Assembly: GCA_904063045.1 (NCBI GenBank)
Contig: CAJFCJ010000036.1
Coordinates: forward strand, 124,001-188,000
Source of the DNA: Dimorphilus gyrociliatus
Lineage: Eukaryota; Animalia; Annelida
Direction: 5' to 3'
Length of the DNA: 64,000 nucleotides
Shown here: positions 1 to 12,657 of the stretch, one piece after another
Position numbering within the stretch: position 1 is the stretch's first letter
Layout of the letters: every line of letters starts with the position of its first letter
The notes under the pieces: generated by a model
The model's database searches: none
Seen by the model: the letters and a program-made list of their open reading frames with translations, nothing else
What the model was told of the DNA's origin: nothing
Made by a program: the position numbers and the translations under genes

Positions 1-227
1 TTTTTTCTTTTTAATACAGTAACATCTCTGTTTGAAATGTGTTTAACAAAGTCAGTTTTCTTCTTTCTGAACTTGATTATCAATGTAGTTATGGTACAGC
101 TAATCCTCAGTAATGTCCAAATGGACTTTTTTTTATAATATAATATATTCCAATCAAATTATATGCACACTAAGAGTTCTGAAACAAATGACGTTGACTG
201 TCCTGGAGAAGTACTTTGAATTGTCAT

Positions 228-737
228 TGACTCATATTCAGCTGATGTCTTAGAATACATTACAGAAATCATGTGATAGCTGTAAAGTTAGTCAAAATGG
301 AAAATATCGTTCTATTTAGAAAATGTTAAATATTGATGAAATAGTACATTACGCAAACTCTTCTAAAAACAAAAATATCGCTACTTTTCATTGTTACTCT
401 GCTAATAATAAGAAATATAAATGCAAAATTCACAGAATGTTTTATTAAGATATTTTTCAAGACAAAATTACTAATAGAATTTATAAATCACGTGACTAAA
501 AGTTCAAAAGATATATCATTCAACGGAGATTTTTACGTCATAACTCTTATACATTTTCTAAATTGTTGCGGGCACGAATTTCTATAAAAGGAATATTTAG
601 CTATTCAAATATTCTTTCTATATAGAACGGTGTGCACAAACTTATGAGTCATTGAATGATCGTGACTAGTGTGGGAAAGCCCTCCCCCCCTCTCTCTCTC
701 TATTCATCTGACTCGTCAGAATAAGGCGTGTGAGTCA
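228..737 (+). promoter_or_regulatory. Putative promoter region of the Smaug gene with three AP-1-like sites and a TATA-like element
   Basis: TGACTCA at 228-234, TGAGTCA at 645-651 and 731-737, TATAAAA at 583-589, all upstream of a likely 5'UTR donor (GTAAGT at 797). Motif matches only. Confidence 0.3.
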
Positions 738-796
738 CATGAACGATTTTTATACAACTGACAAGTCGAAAACGAATCAAACTATAACAAGCGTTG

Positions 797-1167
797 GTAA
801 GTGAATGTTTATTATTCAAACTTCTCCAGTTAATTTATCTATTAATTAATTGATTAGTAAATTATTAAGAATAGAATATCTATCTTAATAGAACTAATAG
901 AATATATAATTCTAAATGTTTGAAATTTAATAGTAAAAGCAGGAAATTCGAATTTACATAGGAAAGACAACAAGGCTTTCTACACCATATTTTTAATAAA
1001 TTTAGAGATAATTTATTCTGATAACAGCGACTTCCGGTCAATACTGTTTTGAAATCTTTTTTTATACAACCAGAGGTGTTTTATTCAAAGTACTTTTTTT
1101 ACAGTATCTCTAACATTTTAAAACTAGAAATTCAACAATTAAATTTCTATTTTCAATTCTTTTACAG
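797..1167 (+). other. Probable 5'UTR intron of the Smaug gene
   Basis: Donor G|GTAAGT at 797 and pyrimidine-rich acceptor TTTCAATTCTTTTACAG ending at 1167, 10 nt before the ATG at 1178. Confidence 0.5.
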
Positions 1168-1177
1168 AGTGCCGACA

Positions 1178-2698
1178 ATGATGAACCACAGCGCAATTAA
1201 TTCGTTCTTGAAGACGCCCGACTACAGTTTGTATAGGGATCAAGTAAACAACGTTATGGCTCAGTTTAATATGTGGAACGATTGCGAACAAACTGTAGCA
1301 CTATTCAAGCTAGTCCATAGTATGAGGCCTACTCACGCACGCCTTCTATGCAGAACTCTTGAACAATCACTGAATAATGATGAGGCTTTAAAGAAAAGTG
1401 ACGAGGAGGCAAACGATTCCGCCTACTTGAGGCGACTTGCCCAGGAAACGGATACAGCAGGGGCTTTGAGAAATTTACTGGCTCATATTCCTCTTCTCCG
1501 TCCCGGTTTGAAAGAGGTCAAACAAGATTATATTTGTCTTATAAAACGCCTAATGCAATTGGCCGCTCACGAAGGACGTCAGACGGAAGAATGCCGCCAA
1601 TTGGCTATGTATCTTGTCTTGCACCCTGCTCTCACCCAGACCGAGATTCAAGAGTTTAAGACCTGGTATTCAGATCTGGAACAACAACAGCAGCTAATGT
1701 CGATTCGGGCCCCAAACGTGACATCTAACGACAAAGAAGAAAATACCAGCAGTTGGCCACCAAGCTCTCTAGGAGATTCCGGACTTGAATTAAATTACAT
1801 AGTTGATGATAATACATATGGCTCAGCTTGGACACAACATAGGCCCCTCGGCTATTCAGGCAGTATGGGCGTAACCAACAATGTTTCAACCACTCGTTTT
1901 AAGTTGCAAACTATTGATCCGACACCTCAGCCATGTTTTGAAAAATCCAAAGTTTGTTCAACTATATCGAGCCCACCTGGTCTATGTAACATTTATAATA
2001 ATAAACCTCATCGGCCGTTGCAAAGAACTGAATCTCTAATACCAAATACCCCACAATGGAAAACAAACTATCACCCTAAACTTTCACCTCAATCTTCTGG
2101 TTCTTCCTCGGACAGCAAAGAGTCGAGACATACGTCGTTCCTAGACCAACAATATCAAATTTGGTTAAGGCATTTGAGACTAAAAAAATACGAAAACATC
2201 TTTCAGGACATGACGTATGACGAGATGTTGAATACAAAGAGTGAATGGCTATTATCACAACGTGTTACAAACGGAGCTGCCAACAAGATACTTTCAAATA
2301 TTCAAAAACTTAAAGATAGATTAAATATATTGAATAAATTACAAAGTAAAACTATTGAAGAAGGAAGCATCAAGGATATTTTATCAGAATTGAAATCAAT
2401 TATATATTCACCAAGTAAACCATACGATGGAATGCCAGCATCTTCGTCGGATGAGGAGGATATAATCAGTCAGACTATTGCAGTTTTTGAAAAAGTCAGC
2501 TCATGGTTGCTCACGAATAATTCAGATGTAGAAAATTCTACTACTTTACAGCGACTTGTTGACCATATAAGCACATATAAAACCTTAACTGAACAACAGC
2601 AAAGCCAATTGATATGTTTGAAGGATAAAATGATAATATTAAAAAGACATAACTTGTTCAAAAAGTTTTCAAAACGTTCCCCATCTTACAATAAATAA
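1178..2698 (+). CDS. SAMD4/smg: Smaug/SAMD4-family SAM-domain RNA-binding protein, single coding exon
   Basis: N-terminal Smaug-similarity region YRDQVNNVMAQFNMWNDCEQTVALFKLV...LEQSL; SAM domain WLRHLRLKKYENIFQDMTYDEML...VTNGAANKILSNIQKLKDR followed by a PHAT-like helical region. The ORF-track extension 1049-1177 is intron-like, so the start is placed at 1178. Confidence 0.9.
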   Translation: MMNHSAINSFLKTPDYSLYRDQVNNVMAQFNMWNDCEQTVALFKLVHSMRPTHARLLCRTLEQSLNNDEALKKSDEEANDSAYLRRLAQETDTAGALRNLLAHIPLLRPGLKEVKQDYICLIKRLMQLAAHEGRQTEECRQLAMYLVLHPALTQTEIQEFKTWYSDLEQQQQLMSIRAPNVTSNDKEENTSSWPPSSLGDSGLELNYIVDDNTYGSAWTQHRPLGYSGSMGVTNNVSTTRFKLQTIDPTPQPCFEKSKVCSTISSPPGLCNIYNNKPHRPLQRTESLIPNTPQWKTNYHPKLSPQSSGSSSDSKESRHTSFLDQQYQIWLRHLRLKKYENIFQDMTYDEMLNTKSEWLLSQRVTNGAANKILSNIQKLKDRLNILNKLQSKTIEEGSIKDILSELKSIIYSPSKPYDGMPASSSDEEDIISQTIAVFEKVSSWLLTNNSDVENSTTLQRLVDHISTYKTLTEQQQSQLICLKDKMIILKRHNLFKKFSKRSPSYNK

Positions 2699-2959
2699 AA
2701 ACAGTCATCTAAATTATCAATAACATTGTATATTTTGTATATTTTTACTGTTTTGTCTTTATTTTTTGGCAATATTTTAATCATTAAATGGCAAAATTAC
2801 CGAATTTAATTATGTATCTTTATCTTCCAAATGAAAGAAAACTTTATCATTATCCATAGCTATCACACTATGTGTATCGTTGTAGAGAAAACTTACTTTA
2901 GCTATAGAATAAAATTTATCCTCTCTCTGTCCTATTTTTTCTCGTGCCCTCACTAAATA

Positions 2960-3123
2960 ATGACTAACACTTTGAGCAAGCACGAAGCACGTACTATGGT
3001 ATATAAAAGCTAAATGTGCTGCCAGCCGTAGGCTTTCGGTATAGGCTGATTGAACGCCTTCGGGAATACTTGAAAACTTATGAGAAAGGAATCTTATTGA
3101 AAAATGAGAAAACAAAGCACTAA
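2960..3123 (+). pseudogene. Small SAP-domain-like reading frame interrupted by a 1-nt frameshift
   Basis: MTNTLSKHEARTMVYK from 2960 joins KLNVLPAVGFRYRLIERLREYLKTYEKGILLKNEKTKH* (stop 3121-3123) if one A is added to the A4 run at 3005-3008. LPAVG..RLIERLREYL resembles the SAP consensus GLPTSG.KA.LIERL..YL. Confidence 0.35.
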
Positions 3124-3299
3124 TAAATTATTTTTAAGTCTTTCATTCTAGTGAATAAACTCTTCTGCTCAAGCAATTAAAGAAAGGGATGTCATCTTGA
3201 ATAGAGAGAAAAATGGACTTTTCACACTTTAAAACTAAATTATATAACTATTTATAAAAGATTCATAATTTCTAAGCCATTTTAAACTAATAAATATCT

Positions 3300-6200
3300 T
3301 TATTGAAATTGATGATAAAAATGTGATCTCTTCTGAAGGATCTTTTTTATAAAATTTCCACATAGAAGTATATCATTTGCTGTTGAATTTTCGTTTCCTT
3401 TCTTTAAATATTTCAATGATAAAAAGTATATTTGGCGATTTTTCAAATTTTTCTGTTTTTTAAACACAAAACAAAAGAGTTAATTGATGAATTGGAGTTT
3501 TTCAATATTATACTGTAACGTAAATGTTAGAGAAATCAATTGAATCGTTGTATGAAAACTCTAATCTATGAAGTAATTTCAACATTTGACAAATACTTCT
3601 ACACAGAACGCAAATATTTCTCATTGAATAGAAACTTTTCAACAGTTTTACATCTTGTAATGACGTCATAACTTTTCTTTTAGATAGAAATCTTTCATTT
3701 CCATCAATTAACTTGACGACTGGAGCAGGAAAAGGAAATGTCAATAAAAGGTTATATAATTTTAGGGTTGTGAAGGATGGATGGTTTAAAATAAGATTAG
3801 CGTACATTGTAAGAAGGTCAATTCAAGGGCATTATCAAGATTTTGTTGGCTAGGATAAGAAGGAAGGTATTGTTGAAATGAGATTTTAAAAAATTTAAAT
3901 CAATATGTCGTCATACATTTGCATTGAACGTTTGATCTTCACAGAACTATAATAGGCCTTAATATCTCTTAATGTGTACAATAGAGGATTGATAATTGAA
4001 TTTAGAGGTAAGATAACGATAACCAATGTAACATAGATATCTTTTTTGATATAGAATTCAAAGAAAACTGAATAAACTCCTAGAAAAAGATTGATTGAAA
4101 TGATTGAAAAAGATGAATAATTTAAAAACCTAAAATTGAAATTGGAAACCAACACAAGAGATTTGTAACAACAATTAAAAAGGCATTTAATATTAATTTT
4201 GTTTGTTGACGCTTAAAAACTTGTCTATCTATTAGACTTTTTGCTTTTAAACTTTCTTTCCATATACTTATATATAGAAATACAATTATTATACAAATTA
4301 TTGATATAAATAGGCCGAAAACTATAAATGAAAATATCCATCCAATTGTCTTTTCACTAGTTATTTGTAAAGTAAAACAAAGTGGACTTTTTGAATAGTA
4401 GCCATAATGAAATATGTATAAAGGTAGTAAAGATATACAACCGGAAGTAATAAATGTACAAATAGCGGCTATTGTTGAAGTGATTGGTGTGAATATTCTC
4501 TTAAAAGGATATGCTATAACTAGATATCTTTCAATTGATATTAATAAGAGACTGAAAGTCGAAAATAGAATGGAACAACTGCAAAACCAACCAACAAATT
4601 GACACATTTTACTCGTTCTCCATTCGTAATCATTCTCAATATAGCTCCCTCTATAGTAGATATCAAAACTGCCTATAGTTAGCATATATATGGACATGCA
4701 TAGATCGGAGAATGATAGGCCTAGATGGAAAGGATTCTTCTGCTTCTTTGTTACCATTCCCCTAAATAGTAGAGAAATACAATTTTCCATCAATGCTATT
4801 ATTGAAAAAATCCACAGAATTGAACGTATCATTTCCGATCCTAAAAGATCTGAACAAGAATTGAATAACGATTCGGTTGGTTGACAATTTTGAATATTCT
4901 TTGAAAATTTCCAAGCAAAACAACAAAATGAAAAATATTGACTATAAAGTGATTTCAACGACTTTAGCTGTCTAATTAGACGGCTTGCAAACTTTAAAGA
5001 TATAGAACTATGTTCAAGTGACAAATACTCTAATCCGCTTAAAGATTTAAAGACATTTATATGAAAATCTTGAATATTTGAATTTGCTATTATTAAAGTA
5101 CTAAGTGAATTTAAATCCTTAAATAAATAATTTGATAAATAATCAATGTTTGTATATGAAAATTCAATAATTTTTAATAACGTAAAATATTTCATTGTAA
5201 ACTTTTTTGGAAATTTTAATACTGTCTTTCTGATAAATAGTTTCTGTAACATTTTTAACGGATGTGGTAAGATTAATGTCCAATTTATTGGTTTTTGACA
5301 ATTGTCAATTTCCAGTTGAATTAGATTTGGAAATGATTTCGATACGGAAATCATATTGACAAAACCGGATATGTTCTTGAATGATAATGATAAAGTATTC
5401 AATGATTGATTTTTGCTCAATTCTTCTCTTTCTTTTATCCGCTCTTTAAAATTTGAAATTATTATTTCTTTATAATTCGAGAATAGAATATCTTTGAAAA
5501 GGATATATTCGTCTTTTGAATATCTTAATCTCATTATATCCGAAAATGAACATTGAATAATAAGAAATCGTTTACAATTGCAATTATCTGGACAAATTTC
5601 AATAGAATCGCAATACATTTCATCATTTCCTTCTTTACAATCAATAATTTCATTGCAGACGTCGCTTATTGGGATATAAGTCATTTGATCTTTGCATTTA
5701 AAATAGCCTTTAGGCCTAAAATTTCCTAATTGGTTAATAATAATTTTAGTTAATCAATTTTGTCCTCTGCGCCTAGAAGAAACCGGAAATAAGTAATAAG
5801 ATAAGTAAATTTTACCGCAATCGTTCTCATCGTCAAAATGAGTACAATGAACAATTCCATCGCAAACTTGCTTAATTGATATACAGTAATAACTCTGTTT
5901 ACATAAATATTCACCAATTGCGCATGTTGTTTTCGTACAATTTTTTAAAGCGTTGAATGGATAATGAACTTTTGTTAAAAGATTTCCCATTGAATCGTAA
6001 ACAATTTTACATTTAATTTCCAAATCTCTTTCCAACTTCAAACAATCTTTTAAATTAAATTTATCGTAATAGTCTGAACACATTTCACTTTCATCTTCTC
6101 CGTTCAAGCAATTCGTTTGTAGATCGCAAACTTTATCACGTGATATACAACTATCCTCGCATTGAAATTGGTTAAAACTCTCGCAATCTATAGACGTATA

Positions 6201-9200
6201 TGGATAAGAAAGACTAGTTTAGTTTAGGTTCCTATAGTATCTATTATAGTTTACCCATTTCCCCAATTGTTCCATTCCTAAGTAATCTACTATTGATACA
6301 ATTTTCATCGCTACTATCGAAGCAATTGCGTTCATTGTCACAAGCATATTTTTCATTTACGCACTGTCCATTATCACACCTATTAACAAATACATATAAT
6401 AGTTGTCAAGGGTTTAAACTGTCTATTCATTAGGCCTAATAGTTCATTTTAGTTTTAGACCCTTTAATAAACATGTTAGTTCTGTTTTTTACCCTATAAA
6501 ATTGAAAATCAATTACGTACGTAAAAGTATTCATTATACAGACTGGTCTTTCTGAAATTTGTTTGCAATTTTAAAACAATAGCAAAAATCGACAGCAATA
6601 CCGCAAATTTTACCGCAATATCTCTCGTCCAGATCATTTGGGCAGTCGTTTACATAATTACATACAAGTTGAAATGGAATTGTTAAATTTGAATCGCAAT
6701 GAAATTGTTGGATTTGGGAACAATTTCTTTCATCTTCATTTGAAAAACAATCGGTGTATCCATCGCAAACATTAATTGCATTTATACAAAAATCATCGTC
6801 AATGCAGCGAAAAGAATTTTTAGGACATTCGCTAAAATTCACATTTTTCAATTCATTAGATGTTGAAATATTAATTGAATCTTTTACAGAAAGAAATAAA
6901 CTGGTAATGAAGTTGAATAGTTTTTCTATTTTTTCATATTTAAATATTTACATTTAGCTCTACAGAAGTTTTTTGATATAAATCTTCTTTCGCAATCGTA
7001 AGGCGTGTTATAGTAGATTAATCCGCGAACATTCATCATATCGTCAGAGAGTAGATAACATAATTCCGGCGTATTCTTATTGAAAATGTTAGAGAAATAT
7101 CCTTTATTAGTATCCCCAAAACATGCTGAAACGTATCTGTTAAAAATGGAAAAAGTGCCTCATCATTTCAGAATATAAGCCGTTTTGTTCAAAATTTCAA
7201 TTATACTTATTGTTAAATGCTGTAGTAAAACCGTAGTAGTCGTAAGGTATTCCGTCGTCAAACGTAAATTTCTCTTCGTCTTTAATATCTCTAACAATTT
7301 TCAATCCTATTTTGTATTTTTTTAAAAAAAAATCCTCATTGTTCAAGTGTTTTGAACAAATTAATTTAATAATTCAATTACTTCCTCCAACTTGTACATT
7401 TTGATTACCAGGAGCTGAATTATCATCACCTTCGCCTTGTAGTAGAAATTTTGTAAATTTGTACTCGTCATTCGACATATAAAGTAAGGTGGAATTGAAT
7501 TTCTCGCATTCTTCCGCAGCTTCATTGATAGATTTCTTTTCTTTATGTTGAATATATAAATAGCAACCATCATTGAATATAAAAGCATTTGGATCTTGGC
7601 AAGTAATTTCTATTGAAAGGGAAAATTTATTAAACAAAAGAAGAAGATTGAATATGTTATAGGCTAAAAGACTAACTGTAATAATTTTTACATTCAATTA
7701 GAAATTGAGTTGATGAGAAGAGAAATTGTTTTTCTTTACTAGAATTTTTTCAAGAGATTTGAATTATTTTGGAAAAGCGTAACTTGAAAATATTTTAAAT
7801 GTGATTTTTTACTTAAAATATGTAGAATTAAAAAATATAAAATGACAACTAGAAAAGTTATTCTTCTGCGAACATTTGACGCTATTTGTCTTATAAAAAC
7901 TGATTGTTTGCAAAAATTTTCCAAGTTTAATTGTTCCAGTTTTATATCCAAAGTAATTGCAAATATTAATTATTTCAAAAGATTTGAAATAATGTGGTTG
8001 TGTTGAATACCAATAGTTTTTATAAAAGATATAAAACGTTCCAATATAACTGTCATTTGATTTAGATTTTCTATTGTTAAATGTTAAGATATCATTGATA
8101 TTATTATATAAAACTAAATCATTATCTATTTAAAGTAAGTTTTGTTTTGTTGGCGTTAAAGTCTCCTTTTAAAAATATTTTTCTCATTTAACCTTTAAAA
8201 GTTCCGTTATCAACGCAATACGCCGCCATTGCAAGACTTGTTTGAACTCCGTCATTTAATTGACAATCTTTTGATAAATTACCATTCAATTTACATGGAC
8301 CAAGAATAGGTGGTTTCTTATCGTCTAAATGATAATTTATTTCTGGACAAGAGTTTAGTTGAATCATCTATATAAAAATAGAAATAGAGCCATTAAATTG
8401 GTGTGATTTTCCGTATTAAAAGTTACTTATTACTCGATATCCGAAATACATTTTCTTTGGATTTTGTATTGGAAGTGGTATTCTATTGCTCAGTTGACAA
8501 ATCATTAAAGCAACTTCGTATACTTTTGTTGAACTATCAAATAATAATGGAATATGACCAAAAGTCTTTGACTGGATAATATATGATGTTCTATTAGGAT
8601 AATTTTCCTTGAAGAGTATTCTGTTGTAAAATTGCGGCGCCTCTTTTATAAAAAATATATCTACGAAATAAATTATTATTTTACTTTCGTATAGAAAGAA
8701 TAAAATTATTATTAAACCTTGTAATTCACTTTTTAGACAAAAAATCATTGTAAAAAGTGATACATTAGCTAATTTAAGAGAGTTTAATACAGCAATATTT
8801 TTATTATTGTCAATTGATATAAATTGATTTTGCAAATCAATATTTTTGGTTTTATTAAGGTAAAATTGAGTTGTATGGCATAGTTTGAAAGTCGTATCTT
8901 TCTTCTTTACAAGAGTATAACCTTTCCTTTTAAGTCTGAGGAAGAGCCGATAAGTTTGTGTATATATATCAAGAATAGCAAAAATGTCTAGATTTCAATT
9001 CAAAAACACAAATATTTTAGTAATTAAATTAGACAAAGGAAAATATTTCTCCATTTTACAAGCCGAGTTGGTTTTATAGCATTTCAGACAAAATGAAGCT
9101 AAATGTAGCAAAGATTCTTTTGTAACAACTTTCCTAGAAAAGGGAAGGAAGAGAAAGAAATTTTAAAAAAATGATATTAATTTAAATTCTCATAATTTAA

Positions 9201-9632
9201 AGAGTACAAAATATATTTTCCATTAAAATTAACTGGTACAAGCGATAAAATGTCTGTTTATTGAAATAAAGAAACTGTCACTATTGAAATTGATACATCT
9301 GTATCTTAAAGAAACTTTCCATCATTTGGATTGCAAGCTTCGGCTATAAAATGTAAATTGTCGTATCGGAGATAGGAGCAGAGAGTTTGATGATATTCTT
9401 CTTCTATCTTTGTTCCAAAAGCAATATATAAAGTTTCATTTGTATTTTTTACCTTTGCATAGATTTTTCCATAAACTGAAACTCTATCTTCAATTATTGG
9501 TTTTATAAAATAATTTAAGTCTTCGCCTTGTAAATAAGAATAAAAATTTTCGTTATTTTCCATTCCGCATTTACTTTTGCAGTCGATAGTAAGAAATACA
9601 GTAAAAAGAAGAAATAACACCATTATCTCCAT
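3300..9632 (-). CDS. GRL101-like receptor A (multi-exon): signal peptide, SRCR-like, C-type lectin, several LDLa repeats, LRRs, rhodopsin-class 7TM, C-terminal kinase-like tail
   Basis: Signal MEIMVLFLLFTVFLTIDC (ATG 9632); CTLD CQDPNAFIFNDGCYL..AAEECEKFNSTL and GL..FTFDDG..Y; LDLa CPKNSFRCIDDDFCINAINVCDGYTDCFSNEDERNC and others; LRRs in ORF 4122-5684; TM3 SIERY, TM6 TNLLCWFP, TM7 NPLLY; final exons 3806-3849, 3514-3719 and 3300-3452 with GT-AG borders in matching phase. Confidence 0.8.
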
Positions 9633-10159
9633 GTAGTTGTGTATACTCTCAATAAAACTTGTTATGTTCTTTTGTCGTTGACAAACACAATACAATTAAT
9701 AAGAGTTGTATTGCAAAAAAAAACACGGGTAATAATTAATTAACGCCTAATATTTCATTATACTGAAATATATTGATGATGTTACAATCCAGCATTTACC
9801 TTGATATTTTAAATTTTAGGATTCTTTTGTATTTGTATGAAACTTTCATTTGTTATAAAATCCTCTCAGCGCTTTCCATTTCCGGTTCATATATCTCTAG
9901 GTTGGGGTTAGCCATTTGCCCCCTCAGAATTTTTTTGACTAGAGCAGGAGAAAACGTCAATAGATAGTAAACTTTGGACCTAGATTAAGTTTAGGCAAAT
10001 GTCAAATTTATTATTTCCAGACTGTGTTGGGGTTAAACTAAGCTTTGTAAACTGGTAGATTAAGGTTGTGATGTTTCCTTCTCCATCCAGGTAATTGCAC
10101 GTATGTCTATTGTTTCTAGATGAAATCCTATGAACAAAATCATCATTTATAAATCAGAT

Positions 10160-10289
10160 GTCAGGATGGCCGAGTGGTCTAAGGCGCCAGACTCAAGCGT
10201 ACAGCTTACAGTTTAACGGATACGTTTGAACTGTGCAGGGGCGTTCTGGTCCGCGAATGCGGGCGTGGGTTCAAATCCCACTTCTGACA
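10160..10289 (+). tRNA. trnL-CAA: tRNA-Leu(CAA) with a 46-nt intron (10198-10243)
   Basis: GTCAGGATGGCCGAGTGGTCTAAGGCGCCAGACTCAAG-[intron]-TTCTGGTC...GGCGTGGGTTCAAATCCCACTTCTGACA; anticodon stem CCAGA/TCTGG; A and B boxes intact; Pol III T6 terminator at 10294-10299. Confidence 0.95.
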
Positions 10290-10780
10290 ATACTTTTTTC
10301 AAAGTAATTTCATTTCTCAACATCTTCAAAAGCTGTGTTTTTGCTTTCTATAAAAGAAAATTATGAAAATGTTTTCTTTTGAAAAACCAAGTGCCAAAAG
10401 ATTGAGATTCTTGAACAAAATAGAATAGCAACGTAGTCGAAAAATTCATTTATAGATGCTAAATGACAAATCCAGTTAAGTAGGAAAACTGTGTTTTTCA
10501 TTTCAAGAGGTCCTGCCCAAAGTTTAGTCCTAACCCAGTCCAAAGTCTTTCAAATTTCATTTTTCCTAATCAAAAAAATAATTTTAATCTAGAACTGGAT
10601 AATTCCTCTTTTCCTCAACTTTTTGATTATTTATGGTGATAACTTAATAGTTAAAATTCGTGAAAAGTTGCATATTAAAAAAAAATCCCTCTTTAACTCA
10701 GAAATTCTCCTGATCTAGGTGTCCTATTCTTTTTGTGTTAAACAGTAAAATATTTAAAATTACATTCTGAAAAAAAATAT

Positions 10781-10910
10781 TGTCAGAAGTGGGATTTGAA
10801 CCCACGCCCGCATTCGCGGACCAGAACGCCCCTGCACAGTTCAAACGTAACCGTTAAACTGTAAGCTGTACGCTTGAGTCTGGCGCCTTAGACCACTCGG
10901 CCATCCTGAC
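10781..10910 (-). tRNA. trnL-CAA: tRNA-Leu(CAA) with a 46-nt intron, inverted copy
   Basis: Reverse complement of 10160-10289 with a single difference, in the intron (CGGATACG vs CGGTTACG); followed by a T-run on the minus strand. Confidence 0.95.
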
Positions 10911-11081
10911 ATCTGATTTATAAATCAATTGTTCTTTTCATATCGTGTCTTATCGAAAGAATCTCTAGCTATAAAATCTTTACTGAGATAACAACTGTGG
11001 TTGTTAGTCATTGTTATGGTTTTATGGTTATAGAGCGATATCTAGTAAAATACCTGCTTTGGCTTGCAGTTTCTTTAAAAT

Positions 11082-12657
11082 ATGAAAAAGTATGGCTCAG
11101 AAATAGGGCCAAAGGCAAAAGATACTGATGGTGAAGAAAATCCGACTGAAACGTATTCACGAGAAGGAGAAAACAAAAAATTTGCGGTAATTGATCAATC
11201 GTTTGATTTCTCCCATAAATGTAACACAGAGAAAGAGAAAAATGATGTAATAGAAATTTTAAAAGAACACAATAATATAAAAACTATAGTATTGTCTCAA
11301 AACGGTAACTTGGAAATGTCATAGCGGATTTGTGCGACCAACTTGTCAAATCATCAAATACCCTTAAAGAAATACACTTAGAGAGTTGTAATCTAACTGA
11401 GAATGAATGTATACATCTTGGGAAAATGTTGGACAAATGTTCAAAACTGGAAGTAATAAATTTACATTGGAATAAAAGAATTAGAAATGGATTAGAAAAT
11501 ATATGCGATGGACTTGTTCAATCATCGCACACTTTAAAGTATATCAATTTTGGTAAATGTAATCTATCGTTGAATGATTGTAAACATATAGTAAATTTGT
11601 TGAATAAGTGCTATAAAATAGAACTTATTGATTTAAGCTGGAATCAAGAAATGAGAACTGGATTATCAGATATTTTTGACCATCTACTGCAATCGTCAGG
11701 GACTTTAAAACATATTAATCTATGTGGATGTAACCTGACTGAGAATCAATGTACTAGTATTGGAAATATTCTGAAAAATTACCAAATAGAAGTAATACAT
11801 TTAAGTTGGAATCAGGAAATGGGAAATGGATTATCAAAGATTTGCGATGGACTTTTCCAGTCGTCAAACACTTTGAAAGATATCTTCTTTGAGAGATGCA
11901 ATCTGACTGAGAGTCAATGTAAAAGTATTGCTAATATGCTTGAAAACTGTTCTAATTTAGAGACGTTAAATCTCAATTCAAATCAGTGTATGAAAAGTGG
12001 ATTATTAAAGATTCTGAATGGACTTTATAAATCTAGAAATTCTTTAAAATACATTAATTTTCAAAGCTGTAATCTAAATGAAAAAGACTGCAAAAATCTT
12101 GCAAAAATGATAAAGAATTGCTCTAATCTAGAAGTTGTATGTTTAAATAACAACAGTGAAGTGGAAAATGGATTATCCAAAGTTTGTGATGCACTTTCAC
12201 AATCATCAAATACATTAAAGCATTTGAAATTCGGAGGATGCAATCTGATTGTAGATATATCGGAAATTTATTGGAAAAGTGTTCAAACTTAGAAGCAATG
12301 GACTTATTCCTTAATATAAAGTTAGGAAGTGGACTATCTAAAATATGCGATGGACTTGTTCAATCGTCAAATACTTTAAAATATTTAAATTTTGGCTTTT
12401 GTAACCTGACTGAAAACAATTGTAAACATATTGGAAAAATGTTGGAAAATTGTTCAAAAATAGAAACTATAGTTCTAAGTAGCAATCGAGAAATGGGAAA
12501 TGGATTATCATATATTTGTGATGGATTGATTTCTTCATTAAACAATTTAAAAGAGATCCAAATACAAGATTGTGACCTTAATGCAAAACAACGTAAAGAT
12601 GTTCACGAGATGCTGAAACATTGTACCAAATTGAATGGAAAGCAAATGTCTCTTTAA
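11082..12657 (+). pseudogene. Intronless ribonuclease-inhibitor-type LRR-only gene with two frameshifts
   Basis: 57-aa (28+29) repeat SSNTLKxIxLxxCNLTExQCxxIGxxLxxCSKxExIxLSxNxEMGNGLSxICDGLVQ spread over three ORFs in different frames; frameshifts at ~11312 (GG where GGG is needed) and ~12245 (apparent 10-nt deletion). Confidence 0.8.

Noticed and set aside
1049-1177. N-terminal 43-aa extension of the Smaug ORF
   Set aside because: TTG start, F/Y/I-rich low-complexity translation, and a strong splice acceptor at 1167; it is intron sequence.
3074-3090. AAACTTATGAGAAAGGA resembles the 5' end of U12 snRNA; nearby TTCG loops and CTGATTGA..GAAA suggested a ribozyme
   Set aside because: The branch-point pairing GTAAGGA is mismatched, there is no Sm site or downstream stems, and hammerhead stems cannot be formed.
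2810-3115. 101-aa minus-strand ORF
   Set aside because: No recognisable motif; the plus-strand SAP-like frame explains the composition better.
11330-12657. Regular ~171-bp periodicity here and at 35200-36750 as a possible CRISPR array or satellite
   Set aside because: It is the coding periodicity of 57-aa LRR units; there are no invariant repeats with unique spacers.
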